From Bacteroidales bacterium (GTDB lineage Bacteria; Bacteroidota; Bacteroidia; Bacteroidales; GCA-2748055): DNA of 64,000 nucleotides. Position numbers and translations under genes: made by a program. Below, one piece after another: positions 50,262 to 59,528 of the stretch; position 1 is the first letter of the stretch; each line of letters opens with the position of its first letter. Where the stretch lies: positions 361 to 64,360 of the forward strand of contig JAFGWU010000025.1 of assembly GCA_016936975.1 (NCBI GenBank). Direction: 5' to 3'. The notes beneath the pieces were generated by a model, which was not told the DNA's origin, searched no databases, and was given only the letters and a program-made list of their open reading frames with translations.

Positions 50262-52000
50262 CGCAGTATTTTTCTTACAAATGCAACCGTGAAATAAGCC
50301 ATCAGGAACAATCCCGCAAATCCCTCAAAGGCGGAAACCCATCTTATGGAACCATAAGGATAATGATCCCCGTAACCAATTGTAAGAAAAGTGATGGCGC
50401 TGTGATAAAAAGCTTTTGCCGCAGGACTTAATAAATCATCCACGGTTGGAACAATATCTGCCGGTGTATAAACCATCAGGACCATATAGAACAGGCTGAA
50501 AAATACAAATGCGATCAGCATGGTCAGTAATACCCTTAAAGGACTGGTTGCATACAGTCCGGCCCTGTCGAATAGAATTAGCTTAAACAGGTAGAACGGA
50601 TAGTGCCACAGGGCATTAATTTTTCGCCTTTTCACCGAATCTTCGAGTTCAGCCTTCAACTCGTGTCTTTTAAACGCCACATAGGATTTGTCCTCATCAC
50701 TGTATTGCCCCAGGTTCTTAAAGTTCTCTTTCAGGAGTCTGAACTGTTCTGCCTTCAGGCGGTTACCAGAATATTCCTGACCGGCAATCATGGATTGTAC
50801 ATGGTTCTGCTTCCAGTCAAGGTATATTTTACCAACCAGGCGCATACCCGCAAAAACAGTCTGTTCAACATCCAGTTCAAATTCATAAGGCTGGAGATCA
50901 ATAATATCCCTGACAACAGTATTTGACAGGTCAATTTGCCTGCAGTGAGCCACCCTCAGATCGGTATATTCATCAAGATGACAAAACCTGAAGGAGAGTG
51001 CATTGAAACCTGCCCTGTAAAATGAGATTGTTCCGGGCCCAAATTCTGTTCTTTCAAAGCTTACATCTATTTTGTCATACACCGCCATTTCGAAGCTCAG
51101 TGTACCCCTGCCAAACCGTACCCTTTTGAAACTGAATTTCCCCGCTTCCTTTTCACTCGATTCAAATGAGACATCTCCATCCCCGAAGGAAGCCCTGTTA
51201 AAATTGACTTTCCCTGTTCCAAATTCAACCGTCCTGAAATCCACCCTGCCGTTTCCGAACTCCGTTCTTTCAAAACTCAGGTTACGGGTTTTGAATTTTG
51301 CATAATGAAAATCCACCTTTCCATCCCCGAATCGTGCGACCTTAAAGGATGTATTTTCAGATTCAAAATGAACGTTAATAAAATTTACGGGTCCATCATT
51401 GAATTCCGTGTTGATAAAATTTAATTCCCTTCCTCCAAACCGGCTGTACTGAAAATCCTTTACTCCTCTTCCGAATATGGCATTCTTAAAAATCACATCT
51501 GCATGTACCACCGTAACATTCTGGAAATCGAAACTATCATCGGAGAATCTCAAGTAACTGAAATCAAGAAGCGTATTCTCAAATCTGCTGGAATTAAAAG
51601 AGATACTTCCCCGGTTAAACCAGGTATGGGCCAGACTGAAACTGCCATCCTTTATCATGGAGTCTGAGAAATCAACAACCACCTGGGAATCAAAAAATGA
51701 GTGTCTGGCTGAAAAACCCTTAAGGTTAATTTTCTCTTTAGGAGAGAGACCTCTTGAGGCACGATAATCTGATAATGAAAAGCGGGGGATGTAACAATAA
51801 TCGAGTATGATAGGTGCCGCTTCATCAATCCATCTGTAGACCGATTCATCCTCAATATATCCGAGTAGTTCCATCACGGGCTGGTTTTTCCCCGGAACAT
51901 CAAATAAAATAATGGCGGTTTTCGGATAAACGATCCCTGATTCACTTTTGAATTTCAGGTTCTTGATATCCACCTTAAAAGAGGTGTATCTGGGAAACAT
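50258..52000 (-). CDS. K+-channel pore (Ion_trans_2) fused to a 12-residue repeat domain
   Basis: [15 protein letters not shown] selectivity filter; 18 contiguous 12-aa repeats; ATG at 52000 (ORF track gives TTG at 52030). Confidence 0.82.
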   Translation of the reverse strand: MFPRYTSFKVDIKNLKFKSESGIVYPKTAIILFDVPGKNQPVMELLGYIEDESVYRWIDEAAPIILDYCYIPRFSLSDYRASRGLSPKEKINLKGFSARHSFFDSQVVVDFSDSMIKDGSFSLAHTWFNRGSISFNSSRFENTLLDFSYLRFSDDSFDFQNVTVVHADVIFKNAIFGRGVKDFQYSRFGGRELNFINTEFNDGPVNFINVHFESENTSFKVARFGDGKVDFHYAKFKTRNLSFERTEFGNGRVDFRTVEFGTGKVNFNRASFGDGDVSFESSEKEAGKFSFKRVRFGRGTLSFEMAVYDKIDVSFERTEFGPGTISFYRAGFNALSFRFCHLDEYTDLRVAHCRQIDLSNTVVRDIIDLQPYEFELDVEQTVFAGMRLVGKIYLDWKQNHVQSMIAGQEYSGNRLKAEQFRLLKENFKNLGQYSDEDKSYVAFKRHELKAELEDSVKRRKINALWHYPFYLFKLILFDRAGLYATSPLRVLLTMLIAFVFFSLFYMVLMVYTPADIVPTVDDLLSPAAKAFYHSAITFLTIGYGDHYPYGSIRWVSAFEGFAGLFLMAYFTVAFVRKILR

Positions 52001-52032
52001 AAAAAAGGATTTAGGATAAAAATATAACAATT

Positions 52033-54894
52033 CTAAGAAAACTGATTCTTAAGACAGATATTTTGATAATCACAGTTCCTGCAGAGATCCCTGTTTTCTG
52101 TCTGAATAAAAGGCAACTCTTCGCTGAAAAGAGCCTCCAGAATCCCAATCAGGTTTGAGAGAAAAAGCCCCTCAACCTCAACGAAGGAGGACAGAGCCTT
52201 TTTATCGTTTCTCCGGCCAGTAGTAAATCCTGGTGAAAAACCTTCCGAGAAGAGCTGTTTCATCACATAGAGTCCCGGCATCACCGGTTCACCGGGATAT
52301 TTCGCCCCCACGAGCCATGCATAAAGCAGTGTCTGAAATCCGGCCCTGTTCCTGCTTCCGGAGCCCCTTTCAAAAAGTTCTTCCACCGAAGGAATAGATA
52401 GGCTCGCAGAACCGGTCTTGTAATCAATAACCCTGAGAACATCCTTAACCCTGTCAATTCGGTCTATCCTGCCCCCTATTCGAACCGTTCCGCCCTTCCC
52501 TGACGCAGGCAATTCGACTTCTCGGGAAAAAAACTCCTCCATAGAAACCAGTTCAAATGGTGCTACCTCAATATCCTTTTCGATAATCTTAAGCAGATAC
52601 TTTAACATGACCCTGAAAATAATGATGTTTCTACCGGTCAGTTCTTTCCCGCTTCTTCCCCTTAAAAATACCTTCCGGGTAACCTCCTTCAGAACCCTTT
52701 CGGGTGTGCCGTTTTTAAGCAGATCCTGCAGTGAGGCAACGTCTATCCTCCGGGATACGGATTCAAGAATATCCGTGTAAAGGATTCTAATGGTCTCGTG
52801 AATTATCGTCCCAAAATCAGTCGGTTCTAAAGACTCAGCAACTTCCTTTTTTTCAGTTATTCCAGCAATGTATTTAAAGTAAAATTTTAAAGAGCAGTCG
52901 ATATATGTGTTCAATGCCGAGGGAGAGAGGTAGACCCCGCTACCGGGATCGCAGTATAATCCCAGCTGTTGCATGACCACCGGATCTTTTTCAATTGCAA
53001 TGGCCGAAGGCTCAGAGGATTTGATTTCGAGTGTGGGCCTGATGGTTTCCAGGTTGTGCTCAAACTTGAGCTGATACAGATACCTGCTCATCTCTCCGTT
53101 CCTGACCCCTTCCGTATTGCTGTTATAGAGAAGTTCCACACGGTCGGCCCTCTGAATAAGCCTATAGAAATAATAGGCATAGATGGCATCCCTGTCTTCC
53201 CTTGTCGGCATTGAAAAGGCGATGCGGAGGGAATAAGGAATAAATGACATTGGGGAATGCCCGCGGGGCATAATTTCCTCATTCATGGACAGGAACAGGA
53301 GGTTTTTAAAATCAAGCAACCGTGTTTCCAGGATTCCCATTATCTGAAGGCCTGCCAGCGGTTCCCCGGAAAACGGGATGCGCAAACCGGACAAAATCTT
53401 TTTGAAAAGCCGGATAAACGTTTTGACATTTAAATCTCTTCTGCCTGAGATCAACTTTTCCATCCGGTTCAGCATCAGAATAAACTGGAGGATATATTCC
53501 CTGTCGAGAGATACCCGGAAATCCTCTTCCGTGTCATTCAGTTTCGACAGAATAAGCTCCGACAGGTTGTTTAAATAGGGAAAAAAGTCCTCCACCCGAT
53601 CCATTCTTCTGAATATCTGTTTTTCAACCTCTCCGGACACCTCCGATTCGTCTATACTGGTCAGATTATCCCGGATGATGATTTCGGCAAGCACCGATTC
53701 ACCAATACCGGTAAGCGACCTCATAAAAGGGTGGTTTAACAATCCCATCACATCGCGGTAATGGAAGCCCCGTTGTTCCTGATCCTGCATATTCATCTGC
53801 ATGTTCAGCAATTGATCCACGAAACCGAAGGCAGGAGTATTCCTAAACGGGTATCCCATGGTTATATTCACCTCGTCGGTATTATGGGGCAGTGACATCA
53901 TAACCGGGACCAGCAGTTCCTCGTCGCAAAGCACCAGCGCAGTATCAGCAGGATTGCTGAAGCCTGGCGGAAAATCATTGCTCAGGATGGAAGTAATCAT
54001 CTTCGCCTGCAGCACATCATCCGGAAGATCGAAAATCCGGATCTGGATCAGCCGGTTCAAATTCCGAAAATCCTCCAGCTCTACCGGCGGTTTATAGACC
54101 TTCAGATTCTCCCTGATAAATCTCCCTGCCTCCCAAAACGCCTCATCCACATACTTCCGGTCATAATCCCAGAAGAAAAGACCTTTCCCTGATTCCCTCA
54201 GGTGGTTGAAGACTCTCTTTTCACAACTGTTAAGGGCATTGAATCCTGCAAAAATCACAGGACCCGAACCCATTCTCTGAATGGCATCACTCAGAAAATT
54301 CTCAGCCACCTGTCTGTATATCATGCCTTCATATCCGATCCCTTTTTTTTCAAGTGTCCCGACAAGTTTTTTATACAGCACGGCAAGGATTTTCCAAAGA
54401 TCAAGAAACATGCTTTTCTCAGAAGTCGTCCCGCCGCTGTTGAAGGTTTCCCAGAATTGCCTTACGAACGCAATCTGGTCCTCCTCCAATCCCCCGAAAC
54501 GGGCATCAATCTCCCTGATATCCGATATATTGCTGTACAACTGTTCCGCATCCACCAAATATTTATCAATGTCATCAAAATCATTGATCATCATTTCTCC
54601 CCAGTAATAAAACGAATCGAAATCCCCCGGATTCTGAACAGTGGTTTTGTAGATATCGTATAATTCAAAAATGACCTCGAGCGGGTCGGCCGGCCTTAAA
54701 CGGCTGAGCCTGTTCATAAAATCATTAATCGTGGTGATTTCAGGAGCCCAGACTGTTTGCTCCGTTCTTTCCAGGAGGTAATGCCTGAAAAAAAGCCCCG
54801 ATCGCTTATTTGGAAAAACAATGCACAGTTCGCCCATCCCGGTCCCGCAGGTCCCGATAACATAATCTGCCAGTGACTCCAGAAACGGTTTCAT
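52033..54894 (-). CDS. AddB-like inactivated helicase + PD-(D/E)XK nuclease
   Basis: VFPNKRS, QIMGILETR, SPSAL...DC, GRIDRID, IDYKTG and CRNC...IC Fe-S staple. Confidence 0.87.
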   Translation of the reverse strand: MKPFLESLADYVIGTCGTGMGELCIVFPNKRSGLFFRHYLLERTEQTVWAPEITTINDFMNRLSRLRPADPLEVIFELYDIYKTTVQNPGDFDSFYYWGEMMINDFDDIDKYLVDAEQLYSNISDIREIDARFGGLEEDQIAFVRQFWETFNSGGTTSEKSMFLDLWKILAVLYKKLVGTLEKKGIGYEGMIYRQVAENFLSDAIQRMGSGPVIFAGFNALNSCEKRVFNHLRESGKGLFFWDYDRKYVDEAFWEAGRFIRENLKVYKPPVELEDFRNLNRLIQIRIFDLPDDVLQAKMITSILSNDFPPGFSNPADTALVLCDEELLVPVMMSLPHNTDEVNITMGYPFRNTPAFGFVDQLLNMQMNMQDQEQRGFHYRDVMGLLNHPFMRSLTGIGESVLAEIIIRDNLTSIDESEVSGEVEKQIFRRMDRVEDFFPYLNNLSELILSKLNDTEEDFRVSLDREYILQFILMLNRMEKLISGRRDLNVKTFIRLFKKILSGLRIPFSGEPLAGLQIMGILETRLLDFKNLLFLSMNEEIMPRGHSPMSFIPYSLRIAFSMPTREDRDAIYAYYFYRLIQRADRVELLYNSNTEGVRNGEMSRYLYQLKFEHNLETIRPTLEIKSSEPSAIAIEKDPVVMQQLGLYCDPGSGVYLSPSALNTYIDCSLKFYFKYIAGITEKKEVAESLEPTDFGTIIHETIRILYTDILESVSRRIDVASLQDLLKNGTPERVLKEVTRKVFLRGRSGKELTGRNIIIFRVMLKYLLKIIEKDIEVAPFELVSMEEFFSREVELPASGKGGTVRIGGRIDRIDRVKDVLRVIDYKTGSASLSIPSVEELFERGSGSRNRAGFQTLLYAWLVGAKYPGEPVMPGLYVMKQLFSEGFSPGFTTGRRNDKKALSSFVEVEGLFLSNLIGILEALFSEELPFIQTENRDLCRNCDYQNICLKNQFS

Positions 54895-54920
54895 TCACGT
54901 TTCATTATTTGCCTTTACTT

Positions 54921-55871
54921 TTAACTTTTCACCTCATACAACCTTCCCTGCCAGGTATCCCTGACTTCCAATACATTCTCAAACCGCCTCAGAACCTCAT
55001 CGTAACGAACGCCCCAGCCTCTGGTGAGAGCCAAGCCCGGGTTGATCTCACCAGCAATTCGTTCCACGATGAACTTCGGGTTTAACCGTTCAAGGATATC
55101 GGCTATAATGGACAGATAGTCATTCAGTCCCAGGTGCGTGAAATCCCCGGGATTGTCCAGGAACTCTTTCGCCATAACCGTTCCTTTAATAATTTGAAGC
55201 TGGTGGAATTTTATATTGGACAAGGGCAAGTGTGAGAGAATTCCTGCTTCCTCAATCCAATCCTTAACCGTTTCGCCGGGAAGCCCGACAATAATGTGTC
55301 CGCCGGTCCGGATACCTCTTCCGGCAGTCGCTTCCAGCGCTTTTACCGAGGCTGCAAAATCATGTCCCCTGTTTATCCTTAAAAGCGTCCGGTCGTATAC
55401 CGACTCGATGCCATACTCCAGAACCACATAGCGGGTGCGGGAAAGTTCTTCAAAATAATCGAGTATGGCATCATCGATGCAATCCGGCCGTGTCCCAACG
55501 ATAATTCCAACGATATCCGGGTGATCCAGTGCCGGCCTGTAAATTTTTTTCAACTCCTCCAGCGGAGCATAGGTATTGGAATAGGCCTGGAAGTAGGCCA
55601 GGTACTTTTTGACCTTCCTGTATCGCTTTTGGTGAAACCGGATTCCCTGATTAATCTGCTCCTCAACCGTTTTACCCGGTACGGCATAGGAAGGAATAAA
55701 AGCCCGGTTATCACAGTACGTACATCCTCCCCATCCGCAGGTACCATCCCTGTTCGGACAGGTGAATCCTGCATTAATGGTTATTTTCTGGATACGCTCC
55801 CCGAAAAGGGCACGGAAATAATCACTGTATGCATTAAATCTTCTCGTTGAGTTCCAGGGATACCTCATCAA
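54921..55871 (-). CDS. TIGR01212 (YhcC) family radical SAM protein
   Basis: FTCPNRDG...GGCTYC, YFQAYSNTY, GTRPDC and INRGH. Confidence 0.9.
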   Translation of the reverse strand: MMRYPWNSTRRFNAYSDYFRALFGERIQKITINAGFTCPNRDGTCGWGGCTYCDNRAFIPSYAVPGKTVEEQINQGIRFHQKRYRKVKKYLAYFQAYSNTYAPLEELKKIYRPALDHPDIVGIIVGTRPDCIDDAILDYFEELSRTRYVVLEYGIESVYDRTLLRINRGHDFAASVKALEATAGRGIRTGGHIIVGLPGETVKDWIEEAGILSHLPLSNIKFHQLQIIKGTVMAKEFLDNPGDFTHLGLNDYLSIIADILERLNPKFIVERIAGEINPGLALTRGWGVRYDEVLRRFENVLEVRDTWQGRLYEVKS

Positions 55872-58800
55872 TCTATCATAATTATTTCGTTCAATATCAC
55901 ATACCAGATATATCCTTTCACTTTGGGATAGCCCATTTTTCTCAAAAGTCCGACATACCTTCCAACCTGATCGTGATACCTTTTTTCCATGCCGGACCCG
56001 AACTTAAAATCAACTATGAAGGTGCAATCTGTTTCGAGAATAACCCGGTCCGGCCTGTAAATCGATCCCTCTTCTGTAAGAATGTCCCGCTCCCTGATCA
56101 CCTTCAGTCCCGGTTGAAACCATGCTGCCACCTCGGTCCGGGACAATGCCTTTTCCAGGTACCGAACCAGTTCATCAACCTGCCGGGTATTTACCAGTCC
56201 CTCTTTCAGCACGTTATCCACAGCCTCCCGGATATCCCCGGTCGTCCTGATATCCGAAAATATCCTGTGCATGATGTTTCCAAACCCTATTTTGCTGTCA
56301 AAGGATCCATCCTCCCTCATAAAATAGGTTCTGCTCTGCAATTTCACATTCAATTTTTCACTTCTGACGAATACCGGGTAATGTTCAAAGCTCCATTCGG
56401 TTGATGGGATCGCTCCGGGTCCCCTCCTTTTCAGTTCCCCGTGCAAAAACGGATGTTCTTCATCGATGGCATGCCACTCCCTTATAAAGGGTTCCTGAAC
56501 CGGTTTCCTATCAAAAGATTTAATAACCAATTCCCCGATCTGTTTAATACCGTTTTTGCCGGATGGGGGCAATCCAACAAACAGAGCTTCCTGTGCCCGG
56601 GTAAAGGCAACATAAAGCAGGTTCAGGTTATCCAGGTATCCTTTCACCAGTTCCTCTGCATAGCAGGCCAGGAAAACCGAATTTTTCAAACCGGAAGAAA
56701 ATTTAACAGGAACCATTGAAATGCCGCTTACCGAAGTATCTGAAGGATCACACCAGAGTAATGTATCTTTCCTTGAATCTGTGGTCACCTCCCAGTTACA
56801 GAAAGGAACAATGACCGCTTTAAACTGCAATCCTTTCGACTTATGAATGGTCATGATCCGGATGGCATTCATCTCTTCTGAGATGGTGACGGATTTATGG
56901 GAACCCTTTTCCTCCCAATAGTGAAGGAACGAATAGATACTCTGAGGTTCCCGACGCTGGGACTCCAGAATAAGATCCTGGAACGCCTGGATGTAGGCCA
57001 GATCTTCCACCCTTTCATTCAGATGAAGGATCCGGATGATCCATTCGACAAGTTCGAAGAGAGGCATTCTTTTTAGATGCGGAATCCGGCTGACAAACTC
57101 TGCTGGAAGGATATCCCCTGCAGGGGTCCCGTCATCAAAAATCTTTCTCAGGTTTTTCTCTTCGGTTAATCCGCATAAATAAACCAGGTATTTCAATTCG
57201 GCCCTGTTCACACTGTCATTTGGAAAACTGAAATATTTGAGAATTGAGACTATAAGCCTCACAGCATTGTTACCTGCCAGGACCAGAGATTCGTTTGAAA
57301 TGAGCCTGAATTCAAAACCGGTCCTGTTATCACGGGTATACTCCAGCAGTTTTTCGGCAACCCGGGAGCCTTCGCTCTGTTTTCTCACAAGGATGGCTAT
57401 CTCCCCGGGAAGATATCCTGCGGATCTCAGTTTCTCGACCTGCACCGTTAATCGCTCCAGCGCCTTTTCATAAAATTGGGAACTATTTTCCGATGGATGA
57501 ACCCTGCACTCGATATACCCTCCTGATCGATCCTCCCCGTCGGGGATCTCCTGAACCACATCTCTGTATGCATTCTCAAAAATCTGCAGCCAATCGTTCA
57601 CCCGGCCGGGCAGGAATCCCGAATTGATAAGCTCAAGGTCCAGCAAATTTCTTATTAGCAGCGGCGCTACCTGGAACAGGGAGTTATTGAACCTCACGAT
57701 CTGTTCCAGGCTCCGGCGGTTCTCCGAAAGGTTTTCGATCCGCACCGGCTGATGCCTGAAATCTCTTTCCACATCGGTCGACAGGATGCGCCAATCTGAA
57801 TTCCTCCAGCGGTATACCGATTGTTTGACATCACCCACCACAAGGCATTGCTCCCCTTCCCCGAGGCTGTTTTCGAGCAAAGGCTTAAAATTTTCCCATT
57901 GAAACAGCGAAGTATCCTGAAACTCATCCAGCATGATATTTTCAAAACGGTTCCCAACCCGCTCAAATATAAAAGGTGCCGGATTATCCGCAATAATTCC
58001 CTTCAGGAACCTGTTTGCATCATTCAGCAGAAACAGGTTCCGTTCTTTGGTGTATTGGTTTATGCTCTTTGAAATATCGCTCAGTATGCCCAGGGTATAA
58101 AGATTCTTCCTGACCAGGCTGCAACTGTTTGCCACAATCTGTGCATCAAAAATCTTCTTCAGCAGGGGTTGAAGCTTTTCTTTAACCAGGGTTTCAAGAC
58201 CATCCGGAGAATCGCGCTTCAGCCACTTTGACGGATCCGGTATCGCCCTGAAGCGTGCTTCGCTGAGTTCGTAACGGGGATCCTCAGAGGCCGTCAAGAA
58301 AAAACCGGCCACCGACCGGGCCCCCCCGCTGAAATCTGAAAGAGCGTAACCATTCATCCCGATTTCCCTGATTGCTTCAGAAGAAAGGGCGGTTATGGTT
58401 TCACAGGCATTTTTTTCAATCCCATCAATCCGAAACCGGTACCCTGCGAGCGACTCCTTAGTCATCAATTCGGACTTGTCCGATAACCTTAATGCCTGAA
58501 ATTCCTCCCTGAAAAGCTGGTTTCCCAGCCGGAGTATCTCTTCCCTGAAATTCCAGTTTTCCGCATTCTCTATTTTCTCCTCGGCGTACCTGATAAGCCA
58601 CTCCTGCAGATCAGTGTCTTTATCAACATTCATGAACAACCGGTCCACTGCTGCCCCGAGTACACGATCCGTATCAAGTTCAAGGTTATATCCCGGCTGA
58701 ATGCCTATCTCCCTGGTAAAGGCACGAATGACCATCTGAAAGAACCGGTCGATGGTTCCGACCGAAAAGGCGCTGTAGTCGTTCAGGATGGTATTCAACA

Positions 58801-59080
58801 AAACTCCCGACCTGTTCACAATGGTCTCCCTGTCCAGGGGGATCCTTTTAAGCAATTCGGTCAGCTCCTTCGGATTTTCACCGGATTTCACCTGCGACAG
58901 TTTATGCAGCCATGTAAGGATTCGCATTTTCATCTCCCCTGCGGCCTTATTGGTGAATGTGACAGCCAGAATATTGCGGTGCCGTCCGGGATTCATGAAG
59001 AGCAGGCTCAGGTATTCCCGGGTAAGGGCATGGGTTTTTCCTGATCCCGCGGAAGCTTTGTATATGGTCAGAGGAGACAT
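55868..59080 (-). CDS. addA: AddA-like UvrD helicase/nuclease
   Basis: ASAGSGKT, TFTNKAA, DEFQDTS, VGDVKQSVYRWR, TIHKSKGL, LYVAFTRA and RPDR...VDFK. Confidence 0.88.
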   Translation of the reverse strand: MSPLTIYKASAGSGKTHALTREYLSLLFMNPGRHRNILAVTFTNKAAGEMKMRILTWLHKLSQVKSGENPKELTELLKRIPLDRETIVNRSGVLLNTILNDYSAFSVGTIDRFFQMVIRAFTREIGIQPGYNLELDTDRVLGAAVDRLFMNVDKDTDLQEWLIRYAEEKIENAENWNFREEILRLGNQLFREEFQALRLSDKSELMTKESLAGYRFRIDGIEKNACETITALSSEAIREIGMNGYALSDFSGGARSVAGFFLTASEDPRYELSEARFRAIPDPSKWLKRDSPDGLETLVKEKLQPLLKKIFDAQIVANSCSLVRKNLYTLGILSDISKSINQYTKERNLFLLNDANRFLKGIIADNPAPFIFERVGNRFENIMLDEFQDTSLFQWENFKPLLENSLGEGEQCLVVGDVKQSVYRWRNSDWRILSTDVERDFRHQPVRIENLSENRRSLEQIVRFNNSLFQVAPLLIRNLLDLELINSGFLPGRVNDWLQIFENAYRDVVQEIPDGEDRSGGYIECRVHPSENSSQFYEKALERLTVQVEKLRSAGYLPGEIAILVRKQSEGSRVAEKLLEYTRDNRTGFEFRLISNESLVLAGNNAVRLIVSILKYFSFPNDSVNRAELKYLVYLCGLTEEKNLRKIFDDGTPAGDILPAEFVSRIPHLKRMPLFELVEWIIRILHLNERVEDLAYIQAFQDLILESQRREPQSIYSFLHYWEEKGSHKSVTISEEMNAIRIMTIHKSKGLQFKAVIVPFCNWEVTTDSRKDTLLWCDPSDTSVSGISMVPVKFSSGLKNSVFLACYAEELVKGYLDNLNLLYVAFTRAQEALFVGLPPSGKNGIKQIGELVIKSFDRKPVQEPFIREWHAIDEEHPFLHGELKRRGPGAIPSTEWSFEHYPVFVRSEKLNVKLQSRTYFMREDGSFDSKIGFGNIMHRIFSDIRTTGDIREAVDNVLKEGLVNTRQVDELVRYLEKALSRTEVAAWFQPGLKVIRERDILTEEGSIYRPDRVILETDCTFIVDFKFGSGMEKRYHDQVGRYVGLLRKMGYPKVKGYIWYVILNEIIMID

Positions 59081-59192
59081 ATGGTAAATATAAAAAAGAA
59101 ATTCGGGTTCCCGGTTCAGGATTCAAAGGGACTCATATTTGAATTGATAACAACCGTTAGACACGTAATGTATTGCTTGGCGGGGAAAGATT

Positions 59193-59318
59193 CAGGGTGC
59201 AGGGTGCAGGGTGCAGGGTTCAGGGTCCAGGGTGCAGGGTTCAGGGTGCAGGGTGCAGGGTGCAGGGTGCAGGGTTCAGGGTCCAGGGTTCAGGGTGCAG
59301 GGTCCAGGGTGCAGGGAT
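59193..59318. repeat. 7-bp tandem repeat CAGGGT(G/T/C) x17 plus one degenerate unit
   Basis: Counted directly. Confidence 0.96.
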
Positions 59319-59398
59319 AGAGGAAAATCCCCATCCCGAAAACTGGAAAGCCCTGGCAAGTAACACCCGTGTCTTATCATTCAAGGAGTAGCATAATC

Positions 59399-59413
59399 TG
59401 ATAATAATTATCA
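59399..59413. promoter_or_regulatory. Perfect 7-1-7 palindrome TGATAAT-A-ATTATCA (Fur-box consensus)
   Basis: Exact match to tGATAATnATTATCa; target gene unclear. Confidence 0.45.
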
Positions 59414-59466
59414 CCTCAAAACTACCCTCTGCCGACTGCCGACTATTTTTTGGCTGCGGAGTGTAA

Positions 59467-59505
59467 GCCCCGGGAAGACAGGGATATCCTTCAGCACCCC
59501 GGGGC
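59467..59505. other. GC-rich inverted repeat downstream of the T9SS cargo gene
   Basis: GCCCCGGG...CCCGGGGC arms; the A/T tract is on the wrong side for a canonical minus-strand terminator. Confidence 0.4.
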
Positions 59506-59528
59506 AAAAAAATCTTAATGAAGCCCGT

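Noticed and set aside
52033-59080. Helicase + nuclease pair as an anti-phage defence system
   Set aside because: Motifs and sizes fit housekeeping AddAB-type recombination enzymes in a core-gene neighbourhood
59081-59507. ORFs with RVQGAG/PAP repeats
   Set aside because: These are translation artefacts of the 7-bp repeat
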